From Candidatus Poribacteria bacterium (GTDB lineage Bacteria > Poribacteria > WGA-4E > WGA-3G), in contig CAXXUA010000006.1 of the NCBI GenBank assembly GCA_963663765.2, forward strand, positions 320,001 through 384,000: 64,000 nucleotides of DNA, read 5' to 3'. Position numbers and translations under genes: made by a program. The notes beneath the pieces are model-generated. The model did not search any database. It worked only from the letters and a program-made list of their open reading frames with translations, and had not been told where the DNA came from. Shown here in pieces: positions 11,484-22,489 of this stretch. The stretch's first letter is position 1, and every line of letters starts with the position of its first letter.

Positions 11484-12020
11484 TGTTTTGTTATCCTTGT
11501 GTGTTTGTGTTGTAAGTAGTATATCTTATGGTGTGTGTGTTTGGGGGGAATTTTGGGGTGGAGAACAATAGATATACAATAGATATGGGGTGGCTTTGTG
11601 GTTGAATCGCGGATTACGCGGGTTACACGGATTTCGCGGATGAGACCTCTACATCAACATTTATCGCGTAGGATAGGCGTTTTCTAAGGAATAGGATCTA
11701 TTGCAGGTGTCTTCTCCGCGTTCATCTGTGTAATCCGAGTAATCCGCGATTCCGTACGCACACCCTGCGTTGGTAGGAGGGACCCGGGGAATGCCATACG
11801 CGCATTCATACCGTTGATTTGCTGGTCGCGACCGTTTTCATTCACAGTCGTGACCATGATGTCGTTCCTACCGAAAAGATCGGGGTTACAAACCCCGCCC
11901 ACAAAAAACTCAAGTGACAATTGAATGCCTCTTAGTCAATTGTGCAAAAGTATTGACAGATTAGGATGTATGTGGTACCATATGAAACAACAATTTTTTT
12001 GATTACAAGGATGTTTCATA

Positions 12021-13109
12021 ATGGCAAAACAGATAGCACTATTCAATCATAAAGGTGGAGTCGGTAAAACAACAACAACTTTTAATCTTGGTTGGATGCT
12101 GGCAGAAAAAGGGAAAAAGGTCATTATCGTTGACTGTGACCCGCAGTGCAATCTCACGGGAATGGTGCTTGGGTTTAAGGGTAGCGATGATTTTGCGTCA
12201 ATGTATGCATCCGATGGTGTAACCAATATCAGAGATGGATTGGCACCCGCTTTTGAATCACAACCTGTGAACATTGCACCTGTAAAATGTGTATCAATTG
12301 ATGAACAACCGAACATGCACCTCTTGCCGGGACACATCGGTCTGGCAGAATATGAAGTTACGTTGGGAATTGCTCAGGCACTAACAGGTTCACTGATAAC
12401 GCTTCAGAATTTACCGGGGTCCTTGAATTATCTATTTAACAAAACCGCAGAAAAGTATGATGCTGATTATATTTTGATAGATATGAGTCCGAGTTTGGGA
12501 CCGATCAATCAAAATTTATTGACGACAAGTGACTATTTTATTGTTCCGATGTTTCCAGATTACTTCTCAGCGATGGCGACAGAGAGTCTCGCTTCAATCT
12601 TACCCAAATGGTCAGCGTGGGCAGAAAACGCTAAGACATTGGACATACTCAAAGATGCGATATATCCTTTTCCAGGCAAACACCCTAAATTTCTTGGAAC
12701 GATAATTCAGAATTATAACATCAGGAAAGGAAAACCTGCTGCTGCTTTTAATCAATGGATTCATGAGATACAAAAAGGTGTCCAAACAAAACTTATGCCT
12801 GCGTTAGGTGATAGCAATATGCTCCTACCGGATGAAATCTATTATGAGGCGAGTATGATTGGATCTGATGTAAAGCAGATACCTCTTTTTTTTGACGGCA
12901 TTGCAAGCCAGCCGATTCTCCAATTACCTAATTTCAATACGCTTATTCCGCTTTCCCAAAAATATAACGTTCCGATATTTAATTTAACCGATGCACAGCT
13001 TGAAAAAGAAGGGAACGTCCTTGAAAATATGAAAAAATCTATGAAGAAGTTTCGTGTTTTATTTTCTGATGGGGCAGATCGGATAATAACTCTTACCGAC
13101 AATGCTTAA
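12021..13109 (+). CDS. ParA/Soj family ATPase
   Basis: Deviant Walker A 'NHKGGVGKTT', 'VDCDPQCNLT', 'LIDMSPSLG'. Confidence 0.9.
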   Translation: MAKQIALFNHKGGVGKTTTTFNLGWMLAEKGKKVIIVDCDPQCNLTGMVLGFKGSDDFASMYASDGVTNIRDGLAPAFESQPVNIAPVKCVSIDEQPNMHLLPGHIGLAEYEVTLGIAQALTGSLITLQNLPGSLNYLFNKTAEKYDADYILIDMSPSLGPINQNLLTTSDYFIVPMFPDYFSAMATESLASILPKWSAWAENAKTLDILKDAIYPFPGKHPKFLGTIIQNYNIRKGKPAAAFNQWIHEIQKGVQTKLMPALGDSNMLLPDEIYYEASMIGSDVKQIPLFFDGIASQPILQLPNFNTLIPLSQKYNVPIFNLTDAQLEKEGNVLENMKKSMKKFRVLFSDGADRIITLTDNA

Positions 13110-13683
13110 TCCTATAGAACAATTTCGGGAGAATATAACACGAATACGTGATCTCGGTGGTGTGTATACAACTTTTAGTAATGTTACGACTGCTGTAGTT
13201 GATTTAACGGATTTGTTACGCGCACAAATCGTCATGATTGTGAGTGCACATGACCTTTATGTCCACGAGATCACAAGAGCGGGTATGTTGGAAATCTACA
13301 ATGGAAACCGACCACAAACGGATTCTTTTTTACGATTTCAGGTAACTTTAGGTACAGCAATAGATGGTATTGCCAACCCCACTGTAAGCGATTGGCTTGA
13401 TATAGAAATCCGAGAAAGACATAGTCACTTATCATTTCAGGTTTCGTCATGTGAGTTGTGGCCGTCTGTAGCGCGAGAACTTCACATTGATGTTCAAGAT
13501 GTAAAAAATCGGGTGCGTGCAATCGTCAAGCGCCGCAACCAAATTGTCCATGAGGCTGATTTAGATCCCACCTACCCAGGCACTATTATCAGAAGATCAA
13601 TCACTCCTGCAGACGTAACAAGCACAGTTGATTTTATCCAAGATGTTTGCGAAGCAATTGACACCATTTCCAGTCAAACCTAA
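13102..13683 (+). CDS. HEPN domain protein (putative RNase)
   Basis: Rx4H motif 'RRNQIVHE'; N-terminal 'DLLRAQIVMIVSAHDLYVHE' typical of RiboL-PSP-HEPN-like proteins; overlaps the ParA stop (translational coupling). Confidence 0.75.
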   Translation: MLNPIEQFRENITRIRDLGGVYTTFSNVTTAVVDLTDLLRAQIVMIVSAHDLYVHEITRAGMLEIYNGNRPQTDSFLRFQVTLGTAIDGIANPTVSDWLDIEIRERHSHLSFQVSSCELWPSVARELHIDVQDVKNRVRAIVKRRNQIVHEADLDPTYPGTIIRRSITPADVTSTVDFIQDVCEAIDTISSQT

Positions 13684-13779
13684 AATATTTTACACCGTTG
13701 ATTTGTAAATCTTGGTTCAGACAGAATTGCGGATAACACGGATTACGCGGATAAGACCTCTTGGTAGGAGCGTTTTCAA

Positions 13780-14345
13780 TCACAGTCGCGACCGGGAGGT
13801 CGCTCCTACCATTTCATTCACAGTCGCGACCGGGAGGTCGCTCCTACCAACACATTCACAGTCGCGACCGGGAGGTCGCTCCTACCATTTCATTCACAGT
13901 CGCGACCGGGAGGTCGCTCCTACCAACACATTCACAGTCGCGACCGGGAGGTCGCTCCTACCAACACATTCACAGTCGCGACCGAGAGGTCGCTCCTACC
14001 AATTCATTCACAGTCGCAACCGAGAGGTCGCTCCTACCAACACATTCACAGTCGCGACCGGGAGGTCGCTCCTACCAATTCATTCACAGTCGCGACCGGG
14101 AGGTCGCTCCTACCAACACATTCACAGTCGCGACCGGGAGGTCGCTCCTACCAACACATTCACAGTCGCGACCGGGAGGTCGCTCCTACCAACACATTCA
14201 CAGTCGCGACCGGGAGGTCGCTCCTACCAACACATTCACAGTCGCGACCGGGAGGTCGCTCCTACCAACACATTCACAGTCGCGACCGGGAGGTCGCTCC
14301 TACCAACACATTCACAGTCGCGACCGGGAGGTCGCTCCTACCAAC
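13780..14345. repeat. tandem array of ~38-bp REP unit (~15 copies)
   Basis: cacattcacagtcgcgaccgggaggtcgctcctaccaa repeated; reverse complement begins GTAG-GAGCGACC hairpin. Confidence 0.92.
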
Positions 14346-14548
14346 GTGTATCCCCTCTTGTGGGAGGTGTTTTCAACCCCGACCTTTTACGCGGCTTTGG
14401 GCACAGAATCACGGATTGCGCGGAAGAACGCGGAAAAGATCCCCATCAACATTTATCGCGTAGGATAGGCATTTTCTAAGGAATAGGATCTATTGCAGAT
14501 GTCTTCTCCGCGAACTCCGTGTAATCCGCGATTGTGAAATCGGGGTTG

Positions 14549-15244
14549 TTATCGTTTGTTTTTGATGCTTCCCCATGTGGTTGTGAGCTTGGCTTTTGGG
14601 TCTACGGGAAAACTGGAATCGCCGAAGTATTCGATTTCGCCAATTTGAAAGTATGCGCCAGTCGGGTGCAATGGGGTTTCAAAAGTAACAAACCGAAAAA
14701 AACGATATCCGGTTTTTGGCTCGTCGTAATCATCGCCTGCATCAAAACGGACGACTTGAAGTCGCTCATTCCAAAAACTATCGCCGTCGTGCGCAAAGAT
14801 GGTCGTAAAATTATCACCGTCGTTTGACCCCTGAATTTCCCATACTGAAGGGTCTCTCCCGGGATAATCGTTTGCTGAAGATACGGTGAAATGTGTCAAT
14901 AAGTATGCGTCTTCAAACTCAGCCGTCACGTGTAAACCGTCTTCTGGAACGCCGTTTGCAGGTCCGCAGCACCATTTGTCGTTGCTGGGACCAAGTCGGT
15001 TATCAAAGACGTTAAATGCGGATTCCCCGCCCCCGAATCCGGGTTCGTCGTTGGCTGTGAAAATGGCGTTGTATCCTTCATCTGTATCCGGTTGCCCGTC
15101 ATCTTCTGGGTCGGTGAGGTCGCCGCCGAGTAGTGATGCTGTCTGTGTGCCCAAGATTTCCTCTGCTTGTACTATGTCGTTGTTGTTGATAGCAAAACAG
15201 GCTATCAGCAACACAATTCCTGCGAATACCAAGATAGATTTCAT
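14549..15244 (-). CDS. secreted discoidin/F5-8C-like protein with C-terminal PKAKLTTTWGSIK motif (copy 1)
   Basis: Signal peptide; 'RDPSVWEIQGSNDG', 'YRFFRF', 'QIGEIEYFG'. Confidence 0.8.
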   Translation of the reverse strand: MKSILVFAGIVLLIACFAINNNDIVQAEEILGTQTASLLGGDLTDPEDDGQPDTDEGYNAIFTANDEPGFGGGESAFNVFDNRLGPSNDKWCCGPANGVPEDGLHVTAEFEDAYLLTHFTVSSANDYPGRDPSVWEIQGSNDGDNFTTIFAHDGDSFWNERLQVVRFDAGDDYDEPKTGYRFFRFVTFETPLHPTGAYFQIGEIEYFGDSSFPVDPKAKLTTTWGSIKNKR

Positions 15245-15559
15245 GCTATATTATCTCCTAAATGTAATGAATCTCACTTTTGCGTGAGTTTTGTGTTAAG
15301 TTTTCTGGCAGTTTGATTGCACTGCACCTATTTATTTTGTTGAGTTTGTCTGAACCAGGATTTTCAGGATTTCCAGATTTTCAGGATTTCCCCTATCCAT
15401 GTATTTATGATGTGCGTTTATGCTTACTTTTGATTAGCAGCCTAATGAGCCAAACTCATAATCCTGGTAATCTGGTAATCCTGTCCATCCTGGTTCAGAC
15501 AGAATCGCGGCGGACCCGTTACATCCAAGTCATCCGCGAAATCTGTCGGGGGTGGGTTG

Positions 15560-16258
15560 TTATTTGTTGTTTTTGATGCTTCCCCATGTGGTTGTGAGCT
15601 TGGCTTTTGGGTCTACGGGTGTCGTTCCGACTTCGCCGAAGTATTCGATTTCGCCAAGTTGAAAGTATGCCCCAGTCTCGCCCGCTGCAGTGGTCAAAGT
15701 GACAAACCGAAAGAACTTGTATGCTTCGGTTTGAGCGTCGTAATCGTCGCCTGCATCAAAACGGATGACTTGCAGCCGCTCAGTCCACAAACTATCGCCT
15801 TCGTGAGCAAAGATGGTCGTGAAATCCTCGCCATCGTTTGACCCCTGAACTTCCCAGACTATCGGGTCTCTTGCGGGTGCATCGTTTGCTGAAGATACGG
15901 TGAAATGTGTCAAGATGTATGTCTGCTCAAGCTCAGCTGTGATGTGTAGTCCATCATCTGGAATGCCGCCATTAGGTCCGCAACACCATTTTGCATTGCC
16001 GCCGCCGAGTTGGTTATCAAAGACGTTAAATGCATTTTCTCCGCCACCGAATGAGGGTTCGTCGTTGGCTGTAAATATGGCGTTGTACCCTTCATCTGCA
16101 TCAGGCTGACCGTCGTCTTCTGGGTCGGTGAGGTCGCCACCGAGTAGTGATTCTGTGCCTGTGCCTAAGACTTCTGATGCCTGTGCTATGTCGTTGTTAC
16201 TGATAACAAAACAAACTGTCATTAACACAATTCCTGTTAATGCTAACATATTTTTCAT
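15560..16258 (-). CDS. secreted discoidin/F5-8C-like protein (copy 2)
   Basis: Close paralog of 14549-15244. Confidence 0.8.
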   Translation of the reverse strand: MKNMLALTGIVLMTVCFVISNNDIAQASEVLGTGTESLLGGDLTDPEDDGQPDADEGYNAIFTANDEPSFGGGENAFNVFDNQLGGGNAKWCCGPNGGIPDDGLHITAELEQTYILTHFTVSSANDAPARDPIVWEVQGSNDGEDFTTIFAHEGDSLWTERLQVIRFDAGDDYDAQTEAYKFFRFVTLTTAAGETGAYFQLGEIEYFGEVGTTPVDPKAKLTTTWGSIKNNK

Positions 16259-16786
16259 GTTGTTTAATCTCCTAAAGATTTTGAAATGAATCTCACTTTT
16301 GCGTAAGTTTCATGTTAAGTTTTCGGGCAGTTTGAATGAACTGCATCTATTTATTTTACTAAGAGTGATTTATTATAACAAATTTTTATTAACAAAGTCA
16401 ATATCATTTTTTCTGAATCACTGAGGTCGTGATTCTGTCTGAACCAGGATTTTCAGATTAGCAGGATTAGAGTCTGAAGCAGTTGGGTTCCATTCCGAAA
16501 AATCACTTGCGATCAGCAAAAACACTTGTGTCTGTCTGAACCAGGATTTACAGGATTTTGAGTTTTTCAGGATTAGTGTCTGAAGCAGTTTGGTTCTATT
16601 CCGAAGATAGCTATAGGTTCCATTCCGAAGACAGCCTTGCGATCAGAAAAACTCTTGAAGCGGTAAATCCTGGTAATCTGGTAATCCTGTAAATCCTGGT
16701 TCAGACGAGAGGGCGCGCTTACAAAGCACCAAATCAAGAAATCAACGGTATGAATGCCATTTAGGCATTCCCCGCCTGCATTTGGG

Positions 16787-17464
16787 TTATCGTTTGTTTT
16801 TGATGCTTCCCCATGTAGTTGTAAGTTTGGATTTTGGGTCTACGGGAAAGCTTGTTTCGCCGAAGTATTCGATTTCGCCAAGTTGAAAGTTCTGTACGGT
16901 TTCAAAAGCAATAAACCGAAAAAACCGATATCCGGTTTTTGGCTCTTCGTAATCATCGCCTGCATCAAAACGGATGACTTGCAGCCGCTCAGTCCACAAA
17001 CTACCGCCGTCGTGAGAAAAGATGGTCGTGAAATCCTCGCCGTTGTTCGACCCCTGTATTTCCCAGACTGTTGGGTCCCTATTAGGAGTATCGTTCGCTG
17101 AAGATACGGTGAAATGTGTCAATGCGTATGCCTCTTCAAACTCAGCAGTTACGTGTATGCCTCCCGCCGGAAGGCTTTGAGGTCCTCAGCACCATTTTGC
17201 ATTACCGCCGCCGAGTTGGTTATCAAAGACGTTAAACGCATTTTCACCGCCGCCGAATCCGGGTTCCTCGCTAGATGTGAACGTGGCGTTGTATCCTTCA
17301 TCTGCGTCAGCAGCACCGTCGTCTTCTGGGTCGGTGAGGTCGCCGCCGAGCAGTGATGCTGTTTGTGTGCCTAAGACTTTTTCTGCATGTGCTATATCGC
17401 TCGTGTTGATAACAAAACAGGCTATCATCAACACAATTCCTGCGAATACCAAGATAGATTTCAT
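16787..17464 (-). CDS. discoidin-like protein copy 3 with in-frame TGA at 17186-17188 (selenoprotein or nonsense pseudogene)
   Basis: ORFs 17186-17464 and 16787-17122 are in the same frame; the junction reads KWC*GPQSLPAGGIHV where paralogs read KWCCGP. Confidence 0.75.
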
Positions 17465-17950
17465 GATGTTTTATCTCCTAGATGTAATGAATCTCACTTT
17501 TACGTGAGTTTCATGTTAAGTTTTTGTGCAGTTTGATTGCACTGCACGTATTTATTTTTACTAACTTGTGTTCTACCATAACATATTTTAAATAAAAAGT
17601 CAATATCATTTTTTTCTGAATCGCTGAGGTCGCGAATCTGTCTGAACCAGGATTTTCAGGATTAGCGTCTGAAGCAGTTTGGTTTCCATTCCGAAGATAG
17701 CCTTGCGATCAGGAAAATTCCTTGTGTCTGTCTGATCTAGGATTTTCAGGATCTTGAGATTAGCAGGATTAGTGTCTGAAGGAGTTTGGTTCCATTCCGA
17801 AGATACACATAGGCGTCAACTTAAGGATTTTAACCTCTTGTGGGAGGGGTTTGCAACACCGATTTTATGTGCATTTCCGCTCAAATCGGTGTTGCAAACC
17901 CCTCCCACAAGAGAAAAAGAACCCTACATCAACAGAAAAGGACAAACGAT

Positions 17951-19840
17951 CTACTTAATCTCCCACAGCAGCAACTGCCCCTTCTCATCCCGGCTTGCCA
18001 ACGTCGTGCTGAACGCAGCGAATTCCAGTTGAACAATAGTGTCATTACCACCAGTAAACGTCTGCAGCACCGCACCTATCGTGGCATCCAAGATGTTAAT
18101 CATCCCTTGAGAATACCCCACCGCGAGTTTCTCCCCATCCGGATGATACGCAATGCAACTCACAATAAGCTTCGGTTGCCCAAAATGTGCTTTGACCCTA
18201 TATGTGCTGGTGTCCAACAGATGAATGTTGCCGCGTCGGTCAGCAATTGCGAGTGTGTTCCCATCCGGACTATAGGCAACACACCTTATGTCGTTTATCT
18301 GCGGTTTGATGTCAGGTTTTCTCTCGCCAGTGTTCGCATCCCAGAAACACACCTTCCTATCATAACTGACAGTCACAAGCGTCTTCTTATCCGGACTATA
18401 GGCGACATCACTAATACCATTTGAATGTTCTATAAGTGTCCGTTTCCTCAGATGTATGTTTGCATCCCACATCTGAACAGTCTTATTCTCGCAACCCATT
18501 ACCAGCGTGTTCCCATCCGGACTATAGGCGACACTTATAACACCATCACTATTCACCTCCAGTGTCTTTCCTCTTCTAATCTTGTTGCGATCCCACAGAC
18601 GGACTGTGCCGTCACGATTCGCAGTTGCTATCGTTCTGCCATCCGGACTGAACGCAACATCATAAACTAAGGTTTGTCGTCCGCTATTGTAAGTCTTTAG
18701 TAATTTGCCGGTCGCCGTATCCCAAAGACACATGTAGCTTACCCTACTCGGAGAGACGATGGACTTGCCATCCGGACTGAAAGCGAAACAGAAAAAACCG
18801 CCAAAATGTTCTTTTTCGGTGTGCCTGTTCTTACCGGTAGCAACGTCCCACACACGCAACGTGCCATCATGACTGCCACTCGCGATGGAACGCATATCGG
18901 GACTGAACGAAATCGCTCGAATTGGCTCGCGATGTCCTTTCAGAATTTGCTTCTGTTCGGCTGTGCTTGTCTGGTAAATTACAATTGAATTGAAGTTTTG
19001 ATCCGCAGCGAAGAGACTACCTTCTGGACTGAAAGCGATGCGGCTTGAACCTCCGAACTTACCAGCAATTGTATGTGTCTGTTTCCATGTCTCCGTGTTC
19101 CAGAGACTGACGGCACTAAACATACCCGAACCCGCCAAAGTTGTGCCATCCGGACTGAACACCAGAGACATAATAAACCCCGCATCTGTTTCAAGTGTGT
19201 GCTTGTGTTCGCCAGAAAGTAGGTCCCACAACTTCACTTGTTTGTGATAAGGTCCAGTCGCAAGCAACATATCTACGGTACTGATCGCATAAGTATGCAC
19301 ACCTTCATGCAGTTCTTTAATCTTACCAATTTCCTGCAGTTTTTTACCGGTATCAAGCGACCAATGTCTGATGTATCCAGCCTTGTCTACTGTCACAAGC
19401 AATTTCGCATCGGGTGTGATACCGACGACTTGGATATTGTCTTTGTCGTCAACAAGATCTTGAAGTTCATATTGAAGGTCTCCTGTTTTGCTGTTCCATA
19501 GATTGACATTACCCCTCATGTCCAGAGCGACAAGCCGTTCACCATCCGGACTGAACACGAGTTGGTCAACAGAGGTACGGGTATTCGTCAGCAAGTGCTG
19601 CGGTTGGAATGTGACCGCGTCGTATAGCCAAATGCCGTTAGATGTTGCCACCGCCAGCTGCCTGCCGTCAACACTGTATTTGACATCGTATATAAGTCCT
19701 TTACCGAGTCGTGCTCTTGCACCATCGGGTAAGCCGAAAAAGGTGTGCGGTTCTTGCGCAAAAACTTCGGGCAGGTAGAGTGTTGAAAAGCTCAAGATGA
19801 GTATGTATATTGTGATGTGTATTCGGTTTTTGGTTTGCAT
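17951..19840 (-). CDS. secreted WD40 repeat protein (tandem copy 1)
   Basis: Many 'FSPDG..LA....D..V.LWD' repeats; signal peptide; 'GLPDGARARLGKG' N-terminus; RBS aggag. Confidence 0.92.
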   Translation of the reverse strand: MQTKNRIHITIYILILSFSTLYLPEVFAQEPHTFFGLPDGARARLGKGLIYDVKYSVDGRQLAVATSNGIWLYDAVTFQPQHLLTNTRTSVDQLVFSPDGERLVALDMRGNVNLWNSKTGDLQYELQDLVDDKDNIQVVGITPDAKLLVTVDKAGYIRHWSLDTGKKLQEIGKIKELHEGVHTYAISTVDMLLATGPYHKQVKLWDLLSGEHKHTLETDAGFIMSLVFSPDGTTLAGSGMFSAVSLWNTETWKQTHTIAGKFGGSSRIAFSPEGSLFAADQNFNSIVIYQTSTAEQKQILKGHREPIRAISFSPDMRSIASGSHDGTLRVWDVATGKNRHTEKEHFGGFFCFAFSPDGKSIVSPSRVSYMCLWDTATGKLLKTYNSGRQTLVYDVAFSPDGRTIATANRDGTVRLWDRNKIRRGKTLEVNSDGVISVAYSPDGNTLVMGCENKTVQMWDANIHLRKRTLIEHSNGISDVAYSPDKKTLVTVSYDRKVCFWDANTGERKPDIKPQINDIRCVAYSPDGNTLAIADRRGNIHLLDTSTYRVKAHFGQPKLIVSCIAYHPDGEKLAVGYSQGMINILDATIGAVLQTFTGGNDTIVQLEFAAFSTTLASRDEKGQLLLWEIK

Positions 19841-20139
19841 GTGTGTGTGCCTCCTGTGCGTTTTCTCAAGGTCGTTATATTTATTATACTCAACCTGCAG
19901 GATCATGACAAGGGGTTGTCTGAATTGCGTCCTCCGCGCTTTTGTCTGAATCAGGATTTTCAGGATTATCGGATTTCCAGGATGTCCCTTGTCAATGTTT
20001 TTTGATGTGCGTTTATGCTTACTTTTGAAATAGAATTTGATGAGAATAATCCTGGTAATCTGTCCATCCTAATTCAGACAATAAACAAGAATATCACAAG
20101 AGAAAAAGAACCCTACATGAACAGAAAAGGACAAACTAT

Positions 20140-22122
20140 TTACTCAATTTCCCACAGCAGCAACTGCCCCTGCCTATCCAGGCTTGCCAACGTCGTGCTG
20201 AACGCAGCGAATTCCAGTTGAAAAACTGAGGTGTCACCACCAGTAAACGTCTGCAGCACTGCACCTGTCGTGGCATCTAAGATGTTAATTTTCCCTTGAG
20301 AATACCCCACCGCGAGTTTCTCTCCATCCGGATGATACGCAATGCTACTCACAATAAGCTGCGGTTGCACAAAATGTGCTTTGACCATAGAGGTGCTGGT
20401 GTCCAACAGGTGAATGGTGCCGCGTTGGTCAACAATTGCGAGTGTGTTCCCATCCGGACTATAGGCAACACACATTATGTCCTTTATCTGCGGTTTGATG
20501 TCAGGTTTTCTCTCGCCAGTGTCCACATCCCAAGAACGTATCTTCCCATCATAACCGACAGTTGTAATCGTCTTGCTATTTGGACTATAGACGGCATCCT
20601 TAATACCATCATTGTCTGCCTTAAAACCATCTTTGTGTTCTCTCAGTGTCCGTTTCTTCTCTTGTATGTTTGCATCCCACACCTGAACAGTCATATCCCC
20701 GCAACCCATCGCAACCGTGTTCCCATCTGGACTATAGTCAATACACATAACACCCTTCCTATTCACCTCCAGCATTTTTCCCCTTCTAATCTTGTTGCGA
20801 TCCAACAAACGGATTGTGCCGTTCCGACTCGTCTTTGTTATCGTTCTACCATCCGGACTGAACGCAACATCAGAAACTAAGGTTTGTCGTCCTTTATTGT
20901 AAGTTTTTAGTAATTTGCCGGTCGCCGTATCCCAAAGACACATGTAGCTATCATCACTCGGAGTGACGATGAACTTGCCATCCGGACTGAGAGCGAAATA
21001 GGAAAAACCGCCAAAATGCTCTTTTTCAATATGCCTATTTTTGCCGGTAGCAATGTCCCACACACGCAACGTGCCATCACGACTGCCACTCGCCATAGAA
21101 CGCATATCGGGACTGAAAAATATTGCTTGAATGGTATCGCTATGCCCTTTCAGAATTTGCTTCTGTGCGGCTGTGCTTGTCTGATAGATTACAATTGAAT
21201 TGAAGTTTTGATCAACAGCGAACAGGCTACTTTCTGGACTGAAAGCGATGCTGCCTGAGCCACCGAACTTTCCAGCGATTGTGTGTGTCTTTTTCCACGA
21301 TTCCGTGTTCCAGAGACTGACACCACCGAAAATACCCGAACTCGCTAACGTTGTACCATCTGGACTGAACACCAACCGATCAGCAGACCACAATTCACCT
21401 ATCTCAAGCTTGTGCTTGTGTTCCCCAGAAACGAGATCCCATAACACCACTTTGTTAGCATTGTTAATAAAAGGAGTTCCAAACGCGAACAACAGATTTA
21501 CCGGACTGACGGCATAACTTCTCACACCCCGGTTCAGTTCTTTAGTCTTATCAATCTCGTGCAGTATTTTACCGGTATCAAGCGACCAATGTCTGATGTA
21601 TCCAATCCTATCTACTGTCACAAGCAATTTCGCGTCAGGCGTGATGCCGATGACTTGGACATCATTTTTGTGTAAAAGATGTTTGTGTATATGTTGATCT
21701 CGTTCTACAAGTTGGTCTTCGGCTACAAGTAGGTCTTCGGCTACAAGTTCATATTGATGCTCGCCTGTTCTGCTGTTCCACAGATTGACATTACCCCTCA
21801 TGTCCAGACCGGCAAGCCTTTCACCATCCGGACTGAACACGAGCTGGTCAACAGAGGCACGGGTATTCGTCAGTAAGTGATGCGGTTGGAAGTTGACCGC
21901 ATCGTATAGCCAAATGCCGTTAGATGTTGCCACCGCCAGCTGCCTACCATCAACACTGTATTTGACATCGTATATGATGCCTTTTCCGAGTCGTGCTCTT
22001 GCACCATCGGGTAAGCCGAAAAAGGGTTTCGGTTCTTGCGAAAAAACTTCGTGCCGGTAGAGTGTTGAAAGGGTCAAGATGAGTATGTATATTGTGATGT
22101 GTATTCGGTTTTTGGTCTGCAT
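20140..22122 (-). CDS. secreted WD40 repeat protein (tandem copy 2)
   Basis: Paralog; start at MQTKN; the upstream ORF extension is repeat DNA. Confidence 0.92.
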   Translation of the reverse strand: MQTKNRIHITIYILILTLSTLYRHEVFSQEPKPFFGLPDGARARLGKGIIYDVKYSVDGRQLAVATSNGIWLYDAVNFQPHHLLTNTRASVDQLVFSPDGERLAGLDMRGNVNLWNSRTGEHQYELVAEDLLVAEDQLVERDQHIHKHLLHKNDVQVIGITPDAKLLVTVDRIGYIRHWSLDTGKILHEIDKTKELNRGVRSYAVSPVNLLFAFGTPFINNANKVVLWDLVSGEHKHKLEIGELWSADRLVFSPDGTTLASSGIFGGVSLWNTESWKKTHTIAGKFGGSGSIAFSPESSLFAVDQNFNSIVIYQTSTAAQKQILKGHSDTIQAIFFSPDMRSMASGSRDGTLRVWDIATGKNRHIEKEHFGGFSYFALSPDGKFIVTPSDDSYMCLWDTATGKLLKTYNKGRQTLVSDVAFSPDGRTITKTSRNGTIRLLDRNKIRRGKMLEVNRKGVMCIDYSPDGNTVAMGCGDMTVQVWDANIQEKKRTLREHKDGFKADNDGIKDAVYSPNSKTITTVGYDGKIRSWDVDTGERKPDIKPQIKDIMCVAYSPDGNTLAIVDQRGTIHLLDTSTSMVKAHFVQPQLIVSSIAYHPDGEKLAVGYSQGKINILDATTGAVLQTFTGGDTSVFQLEFAAFSTTLASLDRQGQLLLWEIE

Positions 22123-22489
22123 GTGTGTGTGCCTCCTGTGCGTTTTCTCAAGGTTAATATATTTATTATACTCAACCTGCAGGAACATGGCAAGAGGATG
22201 TCTGAATTGCGTCCTCTGTGCTTTTGTCTGAACCGGGATTTTCAGGATTATCGGATTTCCAGGATGTCCCTTGTCAATGTTTTTTGATGTGCGTTTATGC
22301 TTACTTTTGAAATAGAATTTGATGAGAAAAATCCTGGTAATCTGCAAATCCCGGGGAATGCCATTGGGCGAATGCGCGTGTGGCATTCGCCATGATTCAT
22401 ACCGTTGATATGTGAATCCTGGTTCAGACAAAAAACAAGAATATCACAAGAGAAAAAGAACCCTACATCAACAGAAAAGGACAAACGAT

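Noticed and set aside
13712-14479. 255-aa and 235-aa ORFs / apparent CRISPR
   Set aside because: Pure 38-bp tandem repeat without spacer diversity
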